A stretch of 64,000 nt of DNA, from the NCBI GenBank assembly GCA_963762255.1, contig CAVXKA010000002.1:320001-384000 (forward strand). The letters run 5' to 3'. Shown in pieces: positions 49,301 through 57,006 of this stretch (positions within the stretch are counted from its first letter, which is position 1; the number at the start of each line of letters is the position of its first letter). The DNA comes from Candidatus Eiseniibacteriota bacterium (lineage in GTDB: Bacteria; Eisenbacteria; RBG-16-71-46; JABDJR01). Made by a program: the position numbers and the translations under genes. The notes below the pieces were generated by a model. The model was given only the letters and a program-made list of their open reading frames with translations. It had not been told where the DNA came from and did not search any database.

Positions 49301-51420
49301 GCGGCATCCTGAGCCATGCCGGACTCCTCGCCATCCAATTCCGCAAGCCGGCCCTCATCGTTCCCGGCCGCTGGTCGGTGGAAGCGGACGGCGCCCCGAC
49401 CCTGAGTCTTCCCTGTCTCGAGTACGGCGAGGAGGAGCGCGAGGTCGAGGGCTCGCGCGTCGTCCTGCGCACTGACCTTCAGGAGCGGGAGCACTCCCTG
49501 CGCGAAGGCGATCTGGTCGCGGTGGACGCGGCTGCGGGAACACTGCGCGTGTTGGGGCGCGGCCCCGAGGCGCTGGCGCTCCACGACGGGCTCTGCCGGC
49601 TCGAGGACGCCCGCCGTCGGCTGGCCGGCGATCGTCCCGACGAGGACATCCTCGTCCTGCGCGGCCATCGTCTCAAGGCGCGTCATCAGCTCGCCAAGCT
49701 CGTCGCCCGCTTCACCGATCCCGCACTGGCGCGACATACCGTGGACGAACTCCTTCTGCGCGAACCGCGTCTCGACGATCCCGATCGCGTACCGGAGACC
49801 GCGGCGCTTCTCGCCGCGCTCCTGGCGAACCCGGTGGTGGGGGCGCGCGCGCGCGAGCATGCGGCGGCGCTGACCGAGGATCTCGACCGGCGGCGGCAAG
49901 CCCTGGTGTCGCGGTCGGCGTTCCGCATCCCGACCTCGCGCTCCGCCTACGAGGTACTGCAGCTTCGCCTCGACGCGCTCCGTCTCAGCGAGGCCTTCCG
50001 CGCCGCGCGCGAACTGCTGCCGTCGGCCGAGAGTGCAGGTGTCGGCTCCGGTGCCGACGCAGCCGACCTCGATGCCCTCGCGCTCGAACAGCTCCGCCGG
50101 CTCCTCGCCGGGCGTCTGCGCACCCTGCGCGATCGTTCCTTCGACGACGCGGGACGACCCCGGCGGCGCCATCTCCTGCGGGAGGCCGAGCGGCTCGCCA
50201 AGGTCTGCGGCGGGTCGGAAGGCACCCGGCGCCGGCTGCACGCCGCACGGGCCGGACTCGCGCAGGAGGACGACGCCCGCGTTCGCTCGCTGTCCACCCG
50301 ACGAGTCCTCGGCGCGCCGGACGGCGGATTGGAGCTGCTCCCCCTGGTGGGAGGCAAGGCGGCCAACCTCGCCGAGATCGAGCGCCTGGCCGGATCGCAC
50401 GTCGTGCCGCCGTGGTTCGCGGTCACGCATCACGCTTTCGAGGAGATGCTCGCGTCACCGGTCGCGGTGCGGGCCGCCGGCCTGGAGAGCCTGATCGCCG
50501 GCGCGCACACGCTTCACGAGGCGATCGAGTCGATTCTGGGCCATAGCGAGCTTGGAATAGCACAGCGCGCTGCGGCTATTCGTTTGCTATGGGATCAGAG
50601 CCGCCTGCCCGAGGATCTCGCCGCCGAGATCCTGGAGGCGTGCGCGAAGATCCTCGCCGTCCCCGGCGACGATCAACCTCTCCCCGGTTTCGTGGCCATT
50701 CGCTCCTCCTCCCGCGAAGAGGACGCCGAGGCTGCCGCCCGCGCCGGCGAGTTCGACACGTTTCTCTTCGTGCGCGGGGAAGCCGCGGTGCTGGACCATC
50801 TCAAGCGCGCGTGGAGCGGCCTATGGTCGGAACGGGCCATCCACAACCGGGCCGTCCTCGAGAGTTCCACCGAAAAGGCCGGCGGCGGCATCGTCGTCCA
50901 ACGCATGATCTTTTCGCGGGTCGCCGGCGTCGTGCAGACGGTCAACGTGGCCGAGAACGAACCCCGCGAGTTCGTCATCAACGCCGGCCTCGGTCTCGGG
51001 GAAGGGGTGGTCTCCGGGGCGGTGGCCGCGGACCAGATCGTGGTGGCGCGCGAGGGCGATCTCGAGAAGGGGCCGCTCCGTTTCCGCTACGCCACCGCCG
51101 ACAAGACCGAGCGCGTGGTCCTGAATCGCGAGGCGGGTCTGGGGACACGGCGCGAGGAAACCCTCTACCACCAGCGCCTGCGCCCGGCGCTAGAGTACGT
51201 GGAGCTCTGCGAGCTGGTGCGCGCGGCGGCCCGCCTCGAGGAGGCCTACGGCTATCCCCTCGACCTGGAATTCGGGATCGAGGGAACGCGGCTCTGGATC
51301 CTCCAGGCGCGACCCGTTGCCGTCTTTCACGCTCTCTTGCGGGAGACTCTCGACCGTCGGCCCCTGGCCCCCCGGTCCCGATCACGGATTCCCCGAGCCC
51401 ATGAGGAGATCGCGTCATGA
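46327..51420 (+). CDS. Giant (1697 aa) PEP-utilising/dikinase-family protein: unknown N-terminus, swivelling phospho-His domain, C-terminal ATP-grasp domain
   Basis: ASPGRAVG and GGGILSHAGLLA (His997); then VGGKAANL (about 1342), AIRSSSREED..AGEFDTFL, GLGEGVVSG, LDLEFG..LWILQARP. Confidence 0.88.
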   Translation: MTEKPGRETVPLHAHPGTEQAAVAGLVASIVAQCAAAMGRPERVVEDCRRLRALLPASPADWPLPELEPLFPLPAAKSTEFAAPVCALIEEAAAAIASPWPFFDALLAARDPDLAGRALDLLARRARDASLAIEPERLRRLAARVEAEGSPLVTPCALDALGAILAAARPAPAHVADAAQTFFFEAADPLVRRLAARVLDRSGEPAPRETAIRALGAEAFAFLHPYLEFTRASHRDLLELASSPGVVPSLASLQRAEALAGESVLREVIARLGWPHLNLGLEVDAQVAIALPGTFPFLVAREEAPYFAALAGVEPVRELTLFIAHGGTTGAEGATEDSGGTVARFRGYNLAHAEALADILDLAPLTREKSVRILDRMDRIVEDFTALFARHSDECARLPDAYRELRGRVTAELDRDDGDTTLSTELTRLVQMFEDPRSLDEVRTLHGLKRYLHQRGLRLGFRLVETSRATNRRVHILLADPDGLRRECPEIRYVDFEPPVSEGESQIPFPVRVAVEGFSRQLMRGQSAFPGLSVFCYGNEVHYYLAFGNHPAFLRIDYSPPLQGGMIDLEYFGVSKSELNQHPDPELTALRACFRRLDFDVQVESTHVRARYDKERALDLGAICEKAGALFRLAPHLMDVDWAVGGLRLSADARGKVAEAWADFLARWGSLPSDRFLTGDRQGILVGLVRAPGGPRELVWSGEGAYQDRFSSPFPPEAWARWQEAIRGLGLERPVSVPDVDRRYAQLRFEHEFLTPLRAAKARGQIVAEEGTHRRAAADRFRLEHEAEIFARLLAGPSAALTGAIALARLVSPLERTLRFQTTGVVNGHEVQRARLPLRGEDIGLFVLRGPRGIIRLALYSRDGVLWSRREDAGSPWTFSGETDAAVLAALLRANGYPPLPFDGSAVDAEDTEDLRRRLRRLDPAPRLRSLSGERVVTGLRASPGRAVGPARLGMGGRSPRDFAGAILVTPRVGPEDNAFLFSAAAIVSTGGGILSHAGLLAIQFRKPALIVPGRWSVEADGAPTLSLPCLEYGEEEREVEGSRVVLRTDLQEREHSLREGDLVAVDAAAGTLRVLGRGPEALALHDGLCRLEDARRRLAGDRPDEDILVLRGHRLKARHQLAKLVARFTDPALARHTVDELLLREPRLDDPDRVPETAALLAALLANPVVGARAREHAAALTEDLDRRRQALVSRSAFRIPTSRSAYEVLQLRLDALRLSEAFRAARELLPSAESAGVGSGADAADLDALALEQLRRLLAGRLRTLRDRSFDDAGRPRRRHLLREAERLAKVCGGSEGTRRRLHAARAGLAQEDDARVRSLSTRRVLGAPDGGLELLPLVGGKAANLAEIERLAGSHVVPPWFAVTHHAFEEMLASPVAVRAAGLESLIAGAHTLHEAIESILGHSELGIAQRAAAIRLLWDQSRLPEDLAAEILEACAKILAVPGDDQPLPGFVAIRSSSREEDAEAAARAGEFDTFLFVRGEAAVLDHLKRAWSGLWSERAIHNRAVLESSTEKAGGGIVVQRMIFSRVAGVVQTVNVAENEPREFVINAGLGLGEGVVSGAVAADQIVVAREGDLEKGPLRFRYATADKTERVVLNREAGLGTRREETLYHQRLRPALEYVELCELVRAAARLEEAYGYPLDLEFGIEGTRLWILQARPVAVFHALLRETLDRRPLAPRSRSRIPRAHEEIAS

Positions 51421-53681
51421 TCCGCCGAGAGGAATCGCTCAAGTACCACTCGCTCGACCGCCCGGGAAAGATCGAGGTGCGGGCCACCAAGCCCTGCCTC
51501 ACTCCGCGCGAGATGCGCCAGGCCTACCTCCCGGGCGCCTCGTACCCGGCCGAGGAGATCCACCGCGATGTCTCCTCTGTCTTCAAGTACACGGCTCGCG
51601 GCAACCTCGTCGGTGTGATCACCAACGGCTCGGCCGTGCCCGGCCTCGGAGCTGTGGGGCCCTATGCGGCCAAGCCGATGCAGGAAGGGATGGCGGTCCT
51701 CTTCAAGCGCCTCGCCGACATCGACGTGTTCGACCTCGAACTCGACACCGCCGACCCCGACCGGTTCATCGAGACGGTGAAGCTCCTCGAGCCGACCTTC
51801 GGCGGGATCAACCTGAAGGACATTCGCGCGCCGGAGGGGCTCTACATCCACGACCGGCTCACGGAACTCCTGGAGATCCCGGTCTTCCACGAGAACCTCT
51901 ACGGGACCGCGGTGGTGGCGGCGGCGGCGCTGCTGAACGCGCTCGATCTGGTGGAGAAGCCGATCGACGCGGTGGACGTCGTGATCTCCGGCGCGGGAAC
52001 GGTCGGCACCGGGTGCGCCCGCCTTCTGGTCGCTCTCGGCGTGCGCCCGGAGCGCCTGCGCGTGTACGACGTGGCCGGGCTGATTCGCCCGGACCGCGGC
52101 GATCTTCACGACTATCAGCGCCCCTTCGCGCGCGAAGACGCACCGCGGGATCTCGCCGAGGGTCTGCGCGGCGCCGACGTGTTTGTGGGCGCCTCCGCCG
52201 GCGGCGTGCTCACTCCCGACATGGTCCGGGGCATGGGGCGCTATCCCATCGTCCTCGCCCTGGCTACCCCCGAGCCGGAGATCACCTACGACGCCGCGCG
52301 CGCCAGCCGCCGCGACGTGGTGGCGGCCACCGCCGTCGCAGGCTCCCCCAACGCGGTGCTGGATGTGCTGAGTTTCCCCTACATCTTCCGCGGGGCTCTT
52401 GACGTGCAGGCCCGCCGCATCACGCAGGGAATGCTGGTGGCGGCGGCGCGCGCGCTGGCCGATCTCGCGCGCGAGGACGTGGTCGAGGAGGTGGAACGCG
52501 CCTACGGAGCCGGCCGGTTCAGCTTCGGCCCGGAGTACCTGCTCCCCAAAGCGATCGACCCGCGCATCCTGGTATGGGAATCCTCCGCCGTGGCCCAGCA
52601 GGCGATCCTGGACGGGGTGGCGAGCCGGCCGACGGCCGCCGAACCGCACCGCGATTCCCTGGCCGCGCGGCTCGGAACCGGCCGTGAGACGCTGCGCAGC
52701 ATGATCCTCGCCGCGCGCCGAAGCAAGCTGCGCGCGGTCTTCTCGGAGGGGACCAACGAAACAATTCTGCGCGCGTGCAGCATCCTCGCCGACGAAGGAA
52801 TCGCGAGCCCGATTCTTCTCGGACGCGAGGACGAGGTGCGGGCGGCCATCGAGGAACTCCGCCTGGATCTCCCCGGCGTGCCGATCATCGACCCCGCCCG
52901 GAGCCCGCGCCTGGAGACGTACACCGAATCCTACTTCGCTCTGCGCGGCCGGCGCGGCGTCATGCGCGCGGCCGCTACGCAGCGCCTGCTCAGGCGCGAG
53001 TACTACGCCGCGATGATGCTCCACTGCGGCGACGCCGACCTCATGGTCTCCGGCGTCTCCGCCCACTATGCGGAATCGCTGCGCACGATCCTCGAGGTGA
53101 TCGGGACCGCGCCCGGCATCCGTCGGGTCTCCGGGCACTACCTCGTGCTGTTGCCCAAACGCATGTTCGTGCTCGCCGATTGCGCGGTCAATATCAACCC
53201 GGACGCCGAGGAGCTCGCCGAGATCGCGCTTCTCGCCGCCGACCTCGCGCGGTCGCTCGGAGAAAAGCCGCGTGTAGCCATGCTTTCCTTCTCGAACTTC
53301 GGGAGCGTGGATCATCCGGTCACGCGCAAGGTGCGCCGCGCCGCGGAGATCGTGAAGCAGCGCGCTCCGGATCTGGAGATCGACGGGGAGATGCAGCTCC
53401 CCATCGCGCTGGACGGGGAGATGCGCCGCCGGTACTTCCCCTTCTCCTCCCTGGGGGACGACGCCAACGTGCTGGTCTTCCCGGGACTCGAGCCGGGGAA
53501 CCTGGCCCTCCACCTGCTGCAACACCTGGGGGGCGCGGTGCCGGTGGGGCCGATCCTCCTCGGCACGCGCTTCCCCGCACACGTGCTGCAGTTCGGCTAC
53601 TCCGTGGAAGAGGTGGTCAACCTCACCACGGTGGCGGCGGTGCAGGCGGCGGCGGGGCGACGCTCTACTGAAGCATCGTGA
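51417..53681 (+). CDS. maeB: MaeB-like malic enzyme-phosphotransacetylase fusion with degenerate malic-enzyme active site
   Basis: PGKIEV..TKP, YTARGNLV, FPYIFRGALDV, FGPEYLLPK; PTA domain with AMLSFSNFGS and IDGEMQ. Catalytic motifs are altered (EGM, LKDI, HENLY). Confidence 0.85.
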   Translation: MIRREESLKYHSLDRPGKIEVRATKPCLTPREMRQAYLPGASYPAEEIHRDVSSVFKYTARGNLVGVITNGSAVPGLGAVGPYAAKPMQEGMAVLFKRLADIDVFDLELDTADPDRFIETVKLLEPTFGGINLKDIRAPEGLYIHDRLTELLEIPVFHENLYGTAVVAAAALLNALDLVEKPIDAVDVVISGAGTVGTGCARLLVALGVRPERLRVYDVAGLIRPDRGDLHDYQRPFAREDAPRDLAEGLRGADVFVGASAGGVLTPDMVRGMGRYPIVLALATPEPEITYDAARASRRDVVAATAVAGSPNAVLDVLSFPYIFRGALDVQARRITQGMLVAAARALADLAREDVVEEVERAYGAGRFSFGPEYLLPKAIDPRILVWESSAVAQQAILDGVASRPTAAEPHRDSLAARLGTGRETLRSMILAARRSKLRAVFSEGTNETILRACSILADEGIASPILLGREDEVRAAIEELRLDLPGVPIIDPARSPRLETYTESYFALRGRRGVMRAAATQRLLRREYYAAMMLHCGDADLMVSGVSAHYAESLRTILEVIGTAPGIRRVSGHYLVLLPKRMFVLADCAVNINPDAEELAEIALLAADLARSLGEKPRVAMLSFSNFGSVDHPVTRKVRRAAEIVKQRAPDLEIDGEMQLPIALDGEMRRRYFPFSSLGDDANVLVFPGLEPGNLALHLLQHLGGAVPVGPILLGTRFPAHVLQFGYSVEEVVNLTTVAAVQAAAGRRSTEAS

Positions 53682-54792
53682 GGAAGACGCCTGCCACCAT
53701 CGCCGTGCCGATCACGCCGGCCACGTTCGGTCCCATGGCGGGCATGAGGGGGTTCACCCGCCCCTCGGTCTCGTCGGACACGAGCTTCTGAACCACCCGC
53801 GCAGCCATGGGCACCGCCGACACCCCGGCGGCGCCGATGCAAGGATTGATCTTCTTCCCCTCGGGCAGCAAGAGGTTCAAGAACTTGCCGAGGAGTACGC
53901 CGCCGGCAGTGCTGAAGATGAACGCCACCGCGCCCAGGAGCAGGATGAGAATCGTCTTCACGGTGAGGAAGTTCGCCGCGTCCATGGTGGCCCCGACTGC
54001 GAGACCGAGGAACATCGTCACGATGTCGATCAACGCAGACCCGGCGGTCTTGCGTAGCCGCTCGGTCACCCCGCACTCCCGCAGGAGATTCCCGAACATG
54101 AGCATGGCCATCAGGGCGGCCGAAGACGGAACCGCCAGCGAGGCCAGCGTCCCGGTGATGATCGGGAAGAGCACCACCGCCACCTTGCTCACTTCCTTCG
54201 GCTGCGGCATGTCGATGCCCCGCTCCCGGCGCGTGGTCAGCAACCGGATCACAGGGGGCTGGATGATCGGAACCAGCGACATGTAGCTGTACGCGGCCAC
54301 GGCGATCGGCCCCAGAAGATGGGGCGCCAGGCGGGTGGCGAGATAGATCGAGGTCGGGCCGTCGGCGCCGCCGATGATGCCGATGCTCGCCCCCTCCTGC
54401 GGCGTGAACCCCAGGAGATACACCGCCCCCATGCCGGCTACGAAGACGCCTAGCTGGGCGGCCGCTCCGAGGAGGAACGTCAGGGGCTGGGCGAGCAGCG
54501 GACGAAAATCGGTCAGCGCCCCGACTCCCAGGAAGATCACGGGGGGGAGCAGATCGGTGAGGATCCCCTGCCGGTAGACGAGGTTGATGATCCCGGTGTC
54601 GTGAGAACCGAGTTCGGCGAGCGGTAAGTTGGCGATGAGGATGCCGAACCCGATCGGGATCAGCAGCAACGGTTCGTAGTCCTTGGCCACGGCCAGATAG
54701 AGCAGCACGCCGGCGACCACGTACATGATCGCGTTGCCAAGGCTCAGGTGAGCGAAGCCCGACTGGGTGACGAGCTGCTGGACGGTCTCCAT
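53665..54792 (-). CDS. oadB: Na+-translocating decarboxylase beta subunit
   Basis: YEPLLLIPIGFG, IGIIGGADGPTSIY, AAYSYMSLVPIIQPP, GVSAVPMAAR, MGPNVAGVIG. Confidence 0.95.
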   Translation of the reverse strand: METVQQLVTQSGFAHLSLGNAIMYVVAGVLLYLAVAKDYEPLLLIPIGFGILIANLPLAELGSHDTGIINLVYRQGILTDLLPPVIFLGVGALTDFRPLLAQPLTFLLGAAAQLGVFVAGMGAVYLLGFTPQEGASIGIIGGADGPTSIYLATRLAPHLLGPIAVAAYSYMSLVPIIQPPVIRLLTTRRERGIDMPQPKEVSKVAVVLFPIITGTLASLAVPSSAALMAMLMFGNLLRECGVTERLRKTAGSALIDIVTMFLGLAVGATMDAANFLTVKTILILLLGAVAFIFSTAGGVLLGKFLNLLLPEGKKINPCIGAAGVSAVPMAARVVQKLVSDETEGRVNPLMPAMGPNVAGVIGTAMVAGVFLTMLQ

Positions 54793-54804
54793 GAACCCGC
54801 CTCC

Positions 54805-56679
54805 CTAGGAAAGCACCAGGATCGGCTGCGTCGAATCGATCTCTTGACCGACCGCGGCGTTCACCGCCACCACAACGCCGTCGACAGGGGCGCGGATGTC
54901 GTGCTTGGCCTTCATCGCTTCGACCGCGGCCACCGTTTGCCCCTTCTTCACGTGGTCCCCCACCTTCACGGAGACCCCCACCACCTCGACGCGGCCCCCG
55001 AACGGGGAGCGCACCGCCACCGAACCGCCACCCGAAGGTGGCGCACTCGCAGGCGTGCCGGCCGCCGGGGCCGCCGCCGGCGCAGGCGCCGGGACTCCCG
55101 CCCCGAGGCCCATAGTCGCCGCCGGCTCCAGCGTGATCGTGAACACGCGCGCGCGGCCGTTCTCCTCCACCGTGCATCGAGTCTGCGTCGGGCCGGCGAC
55201 CGGCGCGGCGGGCGCCGGCGCTGGCGGCGTCGCCTGACCCTCCGTCCCCTTCTTCTTCAGGGGGACATCGATCTTCGGTTTGCCGGTCAGGAGGCGAATG
55301 CCTTCGTTCATCTCCAGCGGCATCCCCGGCACGATCGCGGAGAGAACCAGGAACACGTTCTCATCGGTGACCGGAAGGCCGCGCTCGGCAAGCGCGCTCC
55401 GAGCGGTCACGATGTGATTGGGGGCCGCCTCGAGGGGATCCCCGTCGAAGGGCGGCAACTCCAGCTCCTCCGACGCCTTTTTCACGACCATCGGGTCGGG
55501 AGGCAGCGGGGTCTTGCCGAAGTAGCCCAGCACGGCGCGCGCGTAGCCGTCCTCGATGCGCTCCCAGCGTCCGTAGAGAACGTTGTTGAACGCCTGGAGC
55601 CAGTATTGCTGGCTGCCCGGCGTGACGCTGGTCCAGGCTCCGCCGGCCTCCACGACCACCGGGAACTCGGCCAGCACCTCGCCGTACTTCTCCAGAATCC
55701 CCGCCTTCACCATCATGTGGACGTTGGGACCGATCGCGCCTCCGGGCATGGGGAAACCGACCACCCGCGCGTCGGCGGTGGTCGTGGCCGGATTGAAGGC
55801 GTAGTCCTTGAGCAGGTCGGTGAGGCACTCTTCGATCGGGTTCATGGATGCCGGGTCGATGTCGAGCGAGTAGCCGGTCCCCTTCAGGGCGTGGGCCATG
55901 GAGCGCACATCCGGCTGAACGGTGCCGCTGGCCAGCGGGCGCACAGAGAGATCGATTCCGTCAGCCCCTCCCTCGATGCCCGCCATATAGCAGGCCACCG
56001 CCATGCTCGCGGTGTCGTGGGTGTGGATCCAGAGCGGCATCTCCGGGGGCATCAGCTTGCGGACCCCCACGGCCGTCTCGTAGACCGTGCGCGGGTCGCA
56101 GGTGCCGCTCGCGTCTTTCAGGCAGAGGCTATCGATGCGCACCCCGCCGGCGAGCAAGCGCCGCGCGATGTCGATGTAGAACCCCGACGTATGGACGCGA
56201 TCCGACACGAAGGGGAGACCCATGAGGGCCACGCACGCCTGGTGGTGCATCCCCGCCTCGACGATCGGTCGCGCGGTGTTGATGAGGTTGCGCACATCGT
56301 TCATGTAGTCGAAGTTGCGGTCCCAGGTGGTCCCGTGCTTCTTCATCAGCTTGGCCTGGAGCCGCAGCGCCTCCAACGACTGCGTGGTGAGGGTGACCCC
56401 CGACACCGATCGCGTGAGGATCTGCAAGTCCGCGTCCGGCCCCACCGCATCGCGGATCGCCTGCATGTCGGCGAAGGGATCCTCCCCGAGATAGAAGTAG
56501 GGTGCCTGGTAGCGGGCGCCGCCTCCGAACTCGAAGTGGCGGATCCCGAGACGGGAGGAGAGCTTCACCGCCTCCAGGAAATCAGCCAACCGGACCTTGC
56601 CGCCGAACGCGCTTTGCAGACCGTCGCGGAAGGCCGTCATCATGACCCGGATCTGCTTGGGCTTCTCGGTGCGGATCAT
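54805..56679 (-). CDS. oadA: Oxaloacetate decarboxylase alpha subunit (carboxyltransferase + biotinyl domain)
   Basis: FRDGLQS, LKDASG, HTH metal motif, MPGG, VTPGSQ, Pro/Ala linker, EAMK biotinylation site. Confidence 0.9.
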   Translation of the reverse strand: MIRTEKPKQIRVMMTAFRDGLQSAFGGKVRLADFLEAVKLSSRLGIRHFEFGGGARYQAPYFYLGEDPFADMQAIRDAVGPDADLQILTRSVSGVTLTTQSLEALRLQAKLMKKHGTTWDRNFDYMNDVRNLINTARPIVEAGMHHQACVALMGLPFVSDRVHTSGFYIDIARRLLAGGVRIDSLCLKDASGTCDPRTVYETAVGVRKLMPPEMPLWIHTHDTASMAVACYMAGIEGGADGIDLSVRPLASGTVQPDVRSMAHALKGTGYSLDIDPASMNPIEECLTDLLKDYAFNPATTTADARVVGFPMPGGAIGPNVHMMVKAGILEKYGEVLAEFPVVVEAGGAWTSVTPGSQQYWLQAFNNVLYGRWERIEDGYARAVLGYFGKTPLPPDPMVVKKASEELELPPFDGDPLEAAPNHIVTARSALAERGLPVTDENVFLVLSAIVPGMPLEMNEGIRLLTGKPKIDVPLKKKGTEGQATPPAPAPAAPVAGPTQTRCTVEENGRARVFTITLEPAATMGLGAGVPAPAPAAAPAAGTPASAPPSGGGSVAVRSPFGGRVEVVGVSVKVGDHVKKGQTVAAVEAMKAKHDIRAPVDGVVVAVNAAVGQEIDSTQPILVLS

Positions 56680-56888
56680 CGTTCCTCCTCCACCCTCGTC
56701 ACCTTCGTCCCCGGATAGGCCTGTTGCGCGGCGGCCGTGACTGCCGCCAGTACCGCGCCGTCGCTCGAGTCCGCGCGCACCGGGAAGGCCAGCGCGATGA
56801 GGCGGAACACGACGGCGAGCGCCCCGAGCAGCACGAAGACCGTCACCACCCCCACGAAACAGACGGTCAAGAAGCTGGGTGCATTCAT
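56676..56888 (-). CDS. oadG: Decarboxylase gamma subunit-like single-TM protein
   Basis: GVVTVFVLL TM helix and AVLAAVTAA motif. First gene of the oad operon, with ATGA overlap. Confidence 0.75.
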   Translation of the reverse strand: MNAPSFLTVCFVGVVTVFVLLGALAVVFRLIALAFPVRADSSDGAVLAAVTAAAQQAYPGTKVTRVEEER

Positions 56889-57006
56889 GGCGGCATCATA
56901 CGCGCGTCCGTGATGAATTGAATACCTCTTCGTTGAATTTTCTTGTCGTATACATACCGCTCAATTTTTGCGGAGGACCACATGGTGATCGATGACAAAG
57001 GAGATA

